Of a DNA stretch of 64,000 bases, positions 12,801 through 24,700 are shown piece after piece. Position 1 is the stretch's first letter. Every line of letters begins with the position of its first letter. The notes below the pieces were generated by a model that ran no database searches, was not told the origin of the DNA, and saw only the letters and a program-made list of their open reading frames with translations. The DNA is from the human T2T-CHM13v2.0 reference genome, Homo sapiens: assembly GCF_009914755.1 (NCBI RefSeq), contig NC_060934.1; one strand, 5' to 3'. A program made the position numbers and the translations under genes.

Positions 12801-15750
12801 TATCTTAGTATGAAAACTAGACAGAATCATTCTCAGAAACTAATTTCTGAGGTGTGCGTTCAACTCACAGAGATTAACTTTTCTTTTCGTAGAGTAGTTT
12901 GGAAAGACTCTGTCTGTAAAGTCTGCAAGTGGATATTTCGACTTCTTAGAGGCCTTCGTTGGAAACGGGATTTCTTCATATACTGCTACACAGAAGAATT
13001 CTCAGTAATTCCTTTGTGTTTTGTGTATTCAACTCACGGAGTTGAACCTATCTTTATTCAGAGCAGTTTTAAAACACTCTTTTTCTGGAATTTGCAAGTA
13101 GAGATTTCAAGCCATTTGAGGCCAATCTTAGATATGGAAATATCTTCATATTAAAACTACACAGAATCATTCGCAGAAACTAGTTTGTGATGTGTGCTTT
13201 CAAGTCACAGAGTTTAACCTTTCTTTTCATAGAGCAGTTTGAAAACAATCTATTTGTAAAGTCTCCCGGTGGATATTAGGATCTCTCTGAGGCCTTCGTT
13301 GGAAACGGGATTTCTTAAAATAATGCTAGACAGAAGAATTCTCAGTAACTTCTTTGTGTTGTGTGCATTCATCTCACAGAGATGAACCTTCTCTTAAAGA
13401 GAGCAGATTAGAAACACGCCTTTTGTGGGATTTGCTACTGCAGATTTCAAGCGCTTCGAGGAGAATGGTAAAAAAAATATATCTTCGTATTAAAATTAGA
13501 CAAAATCATTCTCAGTAACTACTTTGTGATGTGTACATCCAACTCACAGAGTTTAACCTTTCTTTTAGTTGAGCACTTTGGAAACACTCTCTTTGTAAAG
13601 TCTGAAAGAGGATACTAGGACTTCTTTGAGCCCTTCATTGGATACGGGACTTCTTCATATAATGGTACACAGAAGTATTCTCCGTAACTTCTTTGTGTTG
13701 TGTGTATTCAACTCAGAGAGTTGAACCTTCCTTTACAGAGAGCAGATTTGAAACACTCTTTTTGTAGAGTTTGCAAGAGGAGATTTCAAGCACATCTAGG
13801 CCTATGGTAGAAAAGGAAATATCTTCGTATGAAAACTAGACAGAATCATTCTCAAGAACTACTTTGTGATGTGTGCGTTCAACTCACAGAGTTTAACCTT
13901 TATTTTCATAGAGCAGTTTGGAAACACTCTGTTTGTAAAGTCTGCAAGTGGATATTTGGACTTCTTTGAGGCCTTCTTTGGGAACGGGTTTTCTTCATGC
14001 ATTGCTAGATAGAAGAATTCTCACTAACTTTTTGTGTTTTGTGTATTCAACTCACACAGTTGAACCTTCCTTTAGAAAGAGCAGATTTGAAACTCTCTTT
14101 TCGTGGCTTTTGCAAGTGGAGATTTCAAGCGATTTGGTGCCAAATGTAGAAATGTAAATATCATCATATAAAAACTACACAGAATTATTCTCGGAAACTA
14201 CTTTGTGATGTGTGCGTTCAACTCACAGAGTTTAACCTTTCTTTTCATAGAGCAGGTAGGAAACACTCTGTGTGTAAATTCTGCAGGAGGATATTTGGAC
14301 CTCTAGGAGCCCTTCGTTGGAAACGGGATTTCTGCATATAAAGCTAGACAGAAGAATTCTCACTAACTTCTTTCTGTTGTTTTTATTCAAATCACAGGAT
14401 TGAACCTTTCTTTAGGCAGAGCAGATTTGAAACTCTCTATTCCTGGCTTTTGCAAGTGGAGATTTCAAGCGATTTGAGGCCAAAGGTAGAAAAGGAAATA
14501 ACTTCGTATAATAACTAGACAGAATCATTCTGAGAAACTACTTTGTGATGTGTCCGTGCAACTCAGAGAGGTTAACCTTTCTTTTCATAGAGCAGTTTGG
14601 AAAGACTCTGTAAAGTCTGCAAGTGGATATTTGGACATCTTAGAGGCCTTCGTTGGAAACGGGATTTCTTCATATACTGCTAGACAGAGGAATTCTCAGT
14701 AACTTCTTTGTGTTGTGTGTATTCAACTCACAGAGTTGAACCTTCCTTTATTCAGAGCAGTTTTGAAATACTCTTTTTGTGGAATTTGCAAGTGGAGATT
14801 TAAAGTGATTTGAGGCCAATCTTAGAAATGGAAATATCTTCAAATTAAAACTACACAGAATCATTCGCAGAAACTAGTCTGTGATGTGTGGGTTCAACTC
14901 ACAGAGTTTCACCTTTGTTTTCATTGAGCAGTTTGGAAACACTCTGTTTGTAAGGTCTGCAAGTGGATATTTCGATCTCTTTGAGGCCTTCGTTGGAAAC
15001 GGGATTTCTTCACATAATGCTAGACAGAAGAATTCTCAGTAGCTTCTTTGTGTTGTGTGTATTCAACTCACAGAGTAGAACCTTCCTTTAGACAGAGTAG
15101 TTTTGAAATACTCTTTCTGTGGAATTTGTAAGAGGAGATTTCAAGCGATTTGAGGTCAATCTTTGAAATGGAAATATCTTCGTGTAAAAACTAGACTGAA
15201 TCATTCTCAGAAACTACTTTGTGATGTGTGCGTTCAACTCACAGAGTGTAACCTTGCATTCCATAGAGCCGTTTTGAAACACTCTGTGTGTTATCTCTGC
15301 AAGAGGTATTTGGACCTCTTTGAGGTCTTCGTTGGAAACGGGTTTTCTTCATGTAATGCTAGACAGAAGAATTCTCACAAACTTCTTTGCGTTGTGTGTA
15401 TTCAACTCCCAGAGTTGAACCTTTCTTTAGACAGAGCAGTTTAGAAACTCTCTTTTAGTGGCTTTTGCAAGTGGAGATTTCAAGCGATTTGATGCCAATG
15501 GTAGAAATGTAAATATCTTCATATAAAAACTAAACAGAATCATTCTCAGAATCTAATTAGTGATGCGTGCGTTCAACTCACAAAGTTTAACCTTTCTTTT
15601 CATAGATCATTTAGGAAACACTCTGTTAATTCTGCAAGTAGATATTTGGACCATTATGAGCCCGTCGTTGGAAAGGAGATTTCTTCATATACTCCTAGAC
15701 AGAACAATTCTCTCTAACTTCTTTCTGTTGCTTTTATTCAACTCACAGAG
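6850..15750 (+). repeat. Divergent SF2-like (D1/D2) dimeric alpha satellite, relic or degenerate HOR layer
   Basis: Strict 340-bp A/B alternation begins at ~6841 (B boxes 6841, 7181, 7521, 7861). Diagnostic aatgctagacagaagaattctcagtaac and gtggagatttcaagcgatttgaggccaat appear. There is no constant HOR period. Confidence 0.85.
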
Positions 15751-18700
15751 TTGAGACTTTCTTCAGACAGAGCAGATTTGAAACTCTCCTTTTTGGAATT
15801 TGCACGTGCAAATTTCAAGTGCTTCTAGGACTATGGCAGAAAAGGAAGTATCTTAGTATAACAACTACACAGAATCATTCTCAAGAAATACTTTGTGATG
15901 TGTGCGTTCAACTCACACAGTTTTATCTTTCTGTTCATAGAGCAGTTTGGGAACACTCTGTTTGTAAAGTCTGCAAGTGGATATTCGGACCCCTTTGAGG
16001 CCTTCGTTGGAAACGGGATTTCTTCATATAACGCTAGACAGAAGAATTCTCAGTAATTTCTTTGTGTTGTGTGTATTCAACTCACAGAGTTGAACATTTC
16101 TTTAGAGAGAGCAGATTGGAAACACGTTCTGTGGAATTTGCTAGTGCAGATTTCAAACGCTTCGAGGACAATGGTAGAAAAGGATATATCTTCGTATTAA
16201 AACGAGACAAAATCATTCTCAGAAAACACTTTGTGATGTGTGTGTTCAACTCACAGAATTTAACCTTTCTTTAATCGAGCAGTTTGGAAATACACTCTTT
16301 GTAAAGTCTGCAAGTGGATAATTGGCCCTCTTTGAGCCCTTCGTTGGAAACGGGATTTCCTCATATAGTGCTAGACAGAAGAATTCTCAGTAACTTCTTT
16401 GTGTTGTTTGTATTCAACTCACAGATTTGAACCTTCCTTTAGAGAGAGCAGATTTGAAACACTCTGTTCTTGGAATTTGCAAGTGCAGATTTCAAGCGCT
16501 TCTAGGCCTATGGCAGAAAAGGGAATATCTTCGTATAAAAACTACACAGAATCATTCTCAAAAACTACTTTGTGATGTGTGCGTTCAACTCACAGAGTTT
16601 AACCTTTCTTTTCATAGAGCAGTTTGGAAACACTCTGTTTGTAAAGTCTGCAGGTGCTTATTTGTACTTCTTTGAGGCCTTCGTTGGAAACGGGATTTCT
16701 TCATATAATGCTAGACAGAAGAATTCTCAGTCACTTCTTTGTGTTGTGGTATTCAAGTCACAGAGTTGAAACTTCCTTTAGACCGAGTAGTTTTGAAAAA
16801 CTCTTTCTTTGGAATTTGCAACTGGAGGTTTCAAGCAATTTGAGGCCAATCTTTGAAATGGAATTATCTTCGTGTAAAAACTACACAGAATCATTCTCAC
16901 AAACTGCTTTGTTATGTGTGCGTTCAACTCACAGAGTTTCACCTTTCTTTTCATACAGCAGTTTGGAAAGACTCTGTCTGTAAAGTATGCAAGTGATTAC
17001 TTGGACCCCTTTGAGGACTTCGTTGGAAGCGGGATTTTTTAATTTACTGCTATACAGAAGAATTCTCAGTAAATCCTTTGTGTTGTGTGTATTCAACTCA
17101 CAGAGTTGAACCTCCCTTTATTCAGAGCAGTTTTGAAACACTCTTTTTGTGGAATTTGCAAGTGGAGATTTCAAGCGATTTCACGCCAATCTTAGACATG
17201 GAAATATCTTCTTATTTAAAGTACACAGAGTCATTCGCAGAAACTAGATTGTGATGTGTGCCTGCAATTCACAGACTTTAACTTTCTTTTCATAGAGCAG
17301 TTTGGAAACACTCTATTTGTAAAGTCTGCAAGTGGATATTTCGACCTCTTTGAGGCCTTCATTGGAAACGGGATTTCTTCATATAACGCTAGACAGAAGA
17401 ATTCTCAGTAACTTCTTTGTGTTGTGTGTATTCAACTCACAGAGTTGAACCTTTCTTTAGAGAGAGCAGATTTGAAACACTCTTTTTGTGGAATTTGCTA
17501 GTGCAGATTTCAAACGCTTCGAAGACGATGATGGAAAAGGATATATCTTCATATTAAAACTAGACAAAATCATTCTCAGAAAACACTTTGTGATGTGTGT
17601 GTTCAACTCACAGAGTTTAACCTTTCTTTAATTGAGCAGTTTGGAAATACACTCTTTGTAAACTCTGCAAGTGGATAATTGGCCCTCTTTGAGCCCTTCG
17701 TTGGAAACGGGATTTCCTCATATAGTGCTAGACAGAAGAATTCTCAGTAACTTCTTTGTGTTGTTTGTATTCAACTCACAGATTTGAACCTTCCTTTAGA
17801 GAGAGCAGATTTCAAACACTCTTTTTTTGGAATTTGCAAGTGCAGATTTCAAGCGCTTCTAGGCCTATGGCAGAAAAGGGAATATCTTCGTATAAAAACT
17901 ACACAGAATCATTCTCAAAAACTACTTTGTGATGTGCGTGTTCAACTCACAGAGTTTAACCTTTCTTTTCATAGAGCAGTTTGGAAACACTCTGTTTGTA
18001 AAGTCTGCAGGTGCTTATTTGGACTTCTTTGAGGCCTTCGTTGGAAACGGGATTTCTTCATATAATGCTAGACAGAAGAATTCTCAGTCACTTCTTTGTG
18101 CTGTGGTATTCAAGTCACAGAGTTGAAACTTCCTTTAGACCGAGCAGTTTTGAAAAACTCTTTGTGTGGAATTTGCAAGTGGTGATTTCATGCGATTTGA
18201 GGCCAATCTTTGAAATGGAAATATCTTCGTGTAAAAACTACACAGAATCATTCTCAGAAACTGCTTTGTTATGTGTGCATTCAACTCACAGAGTTTCACC
18301 TTTCTTTTCATAGAGCAGTTTGGAAAGACTCTGTCTGTAAAGTCTGCAAGTGAATACTTGGACCCCTTTGAGGCCTTCGTTGGAAGCTTGATTTTTTCAC
18401 TTACTGCTAGACAGAAGAATTCTCAGTAAATCCTTTGTGTTATGTGTATTCAACTCACAGAGTTGAAACTTCCTTTATTCAGACCAGTTTTGAAACACTC
18501 TTTTTGTGGAATTTGCAAGTGGAGATTTCAAGCGATTTGACGCCAATCTTAGACATGGAAATATCTTCGTATTAAAACTACACAGAGTCATTCGCAGAAA
18601 CTAGTTTGTGATGTGTGCCTTCAACTCACAGAGTTTAACCTTTCTTTTCATAGAGCAGTTGGGAAACACTCTACTTATAAAGTGTGCAAGTGGATATTTG

Positions 18701-21700
18701 GACCTCTTTGAGGCCTTCGTTGGAAACGGGATTTCTTCATATAACACTAGAAAGAAGAATTCTCAGTAACTTCTTTGTGTTGTGTGTATTTAACTCACAG
18801 AGTTGAACCTTTCTTTAGAGAGAGCAGATTTGAAACACTCTTTTTGTGGAATTTGCTAGTGCAGATTTCAAACGCTTCGAAGACAATGATAGAAAAGGAT
18901 ATATCTTCGTATTAAAACTAGACAAAATCATTCTCAGAAAACACTTTGTGATGTGTGTGTTCAACTCACAGAATTTTAACGTTCTTTAATCGAGCAGTTT
19001 GGAAACACAATCTTTGTAAGTCTGCAGGTGGATAATTGGCCCTCTTTGAGCCCTTCGTTGGAAACGGGATTTCCTCATATAATGCTAGACAGAAGAATTC
19101 TCAGTAACTTCTTTGTGTTGTTTGTATTCAACTCACAGATTTGAACCTTCCTTTAGAGAGAGCAGATTTGAAACACTCATTTTTGGAATTTGCAAGTGCA
19201 GATTTCAAGCGCTTATAGGCCTATGGCAGAAAAGGAAATATCTTCGTGTAAAAACTACACAGAATCATTCTCAACAACTACTTTGTGATGTGTGCGTTCA
19301 ACTCACAGAGTTTAACCTTTCTTTTCATAGAGCACTTTGGAAACACTCTGTTTGTAAAGTCTGCAGGTGCTTATTTGGACTTCTTTGAGGCCTTCGTTGG
19401 AAACGAGATTTCTTCATATAATGCTAGACAGAAGAATTCTCAGTCACTTCTTTGTGTTGAGGTATTCAAGTCACAGAGTTGAACCTTCCTTTAGACAGAG
19501 CAGTTTTGGAAAACTCTTTCTGTGGAATTTGCAATTGGGGATTTCAGGCGATTTGAGGCTAATCTTTGAAATGGAAATATCTTCGTGTAAAAACTACACA
19601 GAATCATTCTCAGAAACTGCTTTGTTATGTGTGCGTTCACCTCACAGAGTTTCACCTTTCTTTTCATAGAGCAGTTTGGAAAGACTCTGTCTGTAAAGTC
19701 TTCAAGTGATTAGTTAGACCCCGTTGAGGCCTTCGTTGGAAGAGGGATTTCTCATTTACCGTTAACAGAAGAATTCTCAGTAAATCCTTTGTGTTGTGTG
19801 TATTCAATTCACAGAGTTGAACCTTCCTTTATTCAGAGCAGTTTTGAAACACTCTTTTTGAGGAATTTGCAAGTGGAGATTTCAAGCGATTTGACGCCAA
19901 TCTTACACATGGAAATATCTTCGTATTAAAAGAACACAGACTCATTCGCAGAAACAAATTTGTGACGTGTGCCTTCAACTCACAGAGTTTAACCTTTCTT
20001 TTTATAGAGCAGTTCGGAAACACTCTATTTGTAAAGTCTGCAAGTGGATATTTGGACCTCTTTGAGGCCTTCGTTGGAAACGGGATTTCTTCATATAACG
20101 CTAGAAAGAAGAATTCTCAGTAAATTCTTTGTGTTGTGTGTATTCAACTCACAGAGTTAAACCTTTCTTTAGAGAGAGCAGATTTGACAGACTCTTTTTG
20201 TGGAATTTGCTGGTGCAGATTTCAAACGCTTCGAAGACAATGATAGAAAAGGATATATCTTCGTATTAAAACTAGACAAAATCATTCTCAGAAAACACTT
20301 TGTGATGTGTGTGTTCAACTCACAGAGCTTAACCTTTCTTTAATCGAGCAGTTTGGAAATACACTCTTTGTAAAGTCTGCTAGTGGGTAATTGGCCCTCT
20401 TTGAGCGCTTCGTTGGAAACGGGATTTCCTCATATAGTGATAGACAGAAGAATTCTCAGTAACTTCTTTGTGTTGTTTTTATGCAACTCACAGATTTGAA
20501 CCTTCCTTTAGAGAGAGCAGATTTTAAACACTCTGTTTTTGGAATTTGCAACTGCAGATTTCAAGTGCTTCTAGGCCTATGGCAGAAAAGGAAATATCTT
20601 CGTATAAAAACTACACAGAATCATTCTCAACAACTACTTTGTGATGTGTGCGTTCAACTCACACAGTTTAACCTTTCTTTTCATAGAGCAGTTTGGAAAC
20701 ACTCTGTTTGTAAAGTCTGCAGGTGCTTATTTGGACTTCTTTGAGGCCTTCGTTGGAAACGGGAATTCTTCATATAATCCTAGACAGAAAAATTCTCAGT
20801 CACTTCTTTGTGTTGTGGTATTCAAGTCACAGAGTTGAAACTTCCTTTAGACCGAGCAGTTTTGAAAAACTCTTTCTGTGGAATTTGCAAGTGGAGATTT
20901 CAAGCAATTTGAGGCCAATCTTTGAAATGGAAATATCTTCGTGTAAAAACTACACAGAATCATTCTCAGAAACTGCTTTCTTATGTGTGCGTTCAACTCA
21001 CAGAGTTTCAACTTTCTTTTCATAGAGCAGTTTGGAAAGACTCTGTCTGTAAAGTCTGCAAGTGAATACTTGGAGCCCTTTGAGGCCTTCATTGAAAGCG
21101 GGGTTTTTTCACTTATTGCTAGACAGAAGAATTCTCAGTAAATCCTTTGTGTTATGTGTATTCAACTCACAGAGTTGAACCTTCCATTATTCAGAGCAGT
21201 TTTGAAACACACTTGTTGTGAAATTTGCAAGAGAAGATTTCAAGCGATTTGACGCCAATCTTAGACATGGAAATATCTTCGTATTAAAAGTACACAGAGT
21301 CATTCGCAGAAACTAGTTTGTGATGTGTGCCTTCAACTCACCGAGTTTAACCTTTCTTTTCATAGAGCAGTTTGGAAACACTCTCTTTGTAAAGTCTGCA
21401 AGTGGATATTTGGACCTCTTTGAGGCCTTCGTTGGAAACGGGATTTCTTCATATAACGCTAGACAGAAGAATTCTCAGTCACTTCTTTGTGTTGTGTGTA
21501 TTCAAGTCACAGAGTTGAACTTTCCTTTAGACAGAGCAGTTTTGAAAAACTGTTTCTGTGGAATTTGCAAGTGGAGATTTCAAGCGATTTGAGGCTAATC
21601 TTTGAAATGGAAATATCTTCGTGTAAAAACTACACAGAATCATTCTCAGTAACTGCTTTGTTACGTGTGCGTTCAGCTCACAGAGTTCCACCTTTCTTTT

Positions 21701-24700
21701 CATAGAGCAGTTTGGAAAGACTCTGTCTGTAAAGTCTGCAAGTGATTACTTGGACCCCTTTGAGGACTTCGTTGGAAGCGGGGTTTTTTCATTTACTGCT
21801 ATACAGAAGAATTCTCAGTAAATCCTTTGTGTTGTGTGTATTCAACTCACAGAGTTGAACCTTCCTTTATTCAGAGAAGTTTTGAAACACTCTTTTTGTG
21901 GAATTTGCAAGTGGAGATTTCAAGCGATTTCACTCCACTCTTAGACATGGAAATATCTTCGTATTAAAACTACACAGAGTCATTCGCAGAAACTAGATTG
22001 TGATGTGTGCCTTCAATTCACAGAGTTTAACTTTCTTTTCATAGAGCAGTTTGGAAACACTGTAGTTGTAAAGTCTTCAAGTGGATATTTCGAACTCTTT
22101 GAGGCCTTCATTGGAAACGGGATTTCTTCATATAACGCTAGACAGAAGAATTCTCAGTAACTTCTTTGTGATGTGTGTATCCAACTCACAGGGTTGAACC
22201 TTTCTTTAGAGAGAGCAGATTTGATACACTCTTTTTCTGTAATTTGGTAGTGCAGATTTCAAACGCTTCGAAGACAATGATAGAAAAGGATATATCTTCG
22301 TATTAAAACTAGACAAAATCATTCTCAGAAAACACTTTGTGATGTGTGTGTTCAACTCACAGAATTTAAACGTTCTTTAATCGAGCAGTTTGGAAACACA
22401 ATCTTTGTAAGTCTGCAGGTGGATAATTGGCCCTCTTTGAGCCCTTCGTTGGAAACGGGATTTCCTCATATAATGCTAGACAGAAGAATTCTCAGTAACT
22501 TCTTTGTGTTGTTTGTATTCAACTCACAGATTTGAACCTTCCTTTAGAGAGAGCAGATTTGAAACACTCTGTTTTTGGAATTTGCAAGTGCAGATTTCAA
22601 GCGCTTATAGGCCTATGGCAGAAAAGGAAATATCTTCGTATAAAAACTACACAGAATCATTCTCAACAACTACTTTGTGATGTCTGCGTTCAACTCACAG
22701 AGTTTAACCTTTCTTTTCATAGAGCAGTTTGGAAACACTCTGTTTGTAAAGTCTGCAGGTGCTTATTTGGACTTCTTTGAGGCCTTCGTTGGAAACGGGA
22801 TTTCTTCATATAATGTTAGACAGAAGAATTCTCAGTCACTTCTTTGTGTTGAGGTATTCAAGTCACAGAGTTGAACCTTCCTTTAGACAGAGCAGTTTTG
22901 GAAAACTCTTTCTGTGGAATTTGCAATTGGAGATTTCAAGCGATTTGAGGCTAATCTTTGAAATGGAAATATCTTCGTGTAAAAACTACACAGAATCATT
23001 CTCAGAAACTGCTTTGTTATGTGTGCGTTCACCTCACAGAGTTTCACCTTTCTTTTCATAGAGCTGTTTGGAAAGAATCTGTCTGTAAAGTCTTCAAGTG
23101 ATTAGTTAGACCCCGTTGAGGCCTTCGTTGGAAGAAGGATTTCTCATTTACTGTTAACAGAAGAATTCTCAGTAAATCCTTTCTGTTGTGTGTATTCAAT
23201 TCACAGAGTTGAACCTTCCTTTATTCAGAGCAGTTTTGAAACGCTCTTTTTGAGGAATTTGCAAGTGGAGATTTCAAGCGATTTGACGCCAATCTTACAC
23301 ATGGAAATATCTTCGTATTAAAAGAACACAGACTCATTCGCAGAAACAAATTTGTGATGTGTGCCTTCAACTCACAGAGTTTAACCTTTCTTTTTATAGA
23401 GCAGTTCGGAAACACTCTATTTGTAAAGTCCGCAAGTGGATATTTGGACCTCTTTGAGGCCTTCGTTGGAAACGGGATTTCTTCATATAACGCTAGAAAG
23501 AAGAATTCTCAGTAAATTCTTTGTTTTGTGTGTATTCAACTCACAGAGTTAAACCTTTCTTTAGAGAGAGCAGATTTGACAGACTCTTTTTGTGGAATTT
23601 GCTGGTGCAGATTTCAAACGCTTCGAAGACAATGATAGAAAAGGATATATCTTCGTATTAAAACTAGACAAAATCATTCTCAGAAAACACTTTGTGATGT
23701 GTGTGTTCAACTCACAGAGCTTAACCTTTCTTTAATCGAGCAGTTTGGAAATACACTCTTTGTAAAGTCTGCAAGTGGGTAATTGGCTCTCTTTGAGCCC
23801 TTCATTGGAAACGGGATTTCCTCATATAGTGATAGACAGAAGAATTCTCAGTAACTTCTTTGTGTTGTTTGTATGCAACTCACAGATTTGAACCTTCCTT
23901 TAGATAGAGCAGTTTTGAAACACTCTGTTTTTGGAATTTGCAAGTGCAGATTTCAAGTACTTCTAGGCCTATGGCAGAAAAGGAAATATCTTCGTATGAA
24001 AACTACACAGAATCATTCTCAACAACTACTTTGTGATGTGTGCGTTCAACTCACACAGTTTAACCTTTCTTTTCATAGAGCAGTTTGGAAACACTCTGTT
24101 TGTAAAGTCTGCAGGTGCTTATTTGGACTTCTTTGAGGCCTTCGTTGGAAACGGGAATTCTTCATATAATCCTAGACAGAAGAATTCTCAGTCACTTCTT
24201 TGTGTTGTGGTATTCAAGTCACAGAGTTGAAACTTCCTTTAGACCGAGCAGTTTTGAAAAACTCTTTCTGTGGAATTTGCAAGTGGAGATTTCAAGCAAT
24301 TTGAGGCCAATCTTTGAAATGGAAATATCTTCGTGTAAAAACTACACAGAATCATTCTCAGAAACTGCTTTCTTATGTGTGCGTTCAACTCAAAGATTTT
24401 CACCTTTCTTTTCATAGAGCAGTTTGGAAAGACTCTGTCTGTAAAGTCTGCAAGTGAATACTTGGACACCTTTGAGGCCTTCATTGGAAGCGGGATTTTT
24501 TCACTTATTGCTAGACAGAAGAATTCTCAGTAAATCCTTTGTGTTATGTGTATTCAACTCACAGAGTTGAACCTTCCTTTATTCAGAGCAGTTTTGAAAC
24601 ACTCTTTTTCTGGAATTTGCAAGTGGAGATTTCAAGCGACTTGACGCCAATCTTAGACATGGAAATATCTTCATATTAAAAGTACACAGAGTCATTCGTA

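Noticed and set aside
9735-15630. Small 1-5 bp indels (e.g. ~9740 gtagaagaaat, ~14608 gactctgtaaag, ~15627 ctgttaattc)
   Set aside because: Ordinary slippage decay in the divergent layer.
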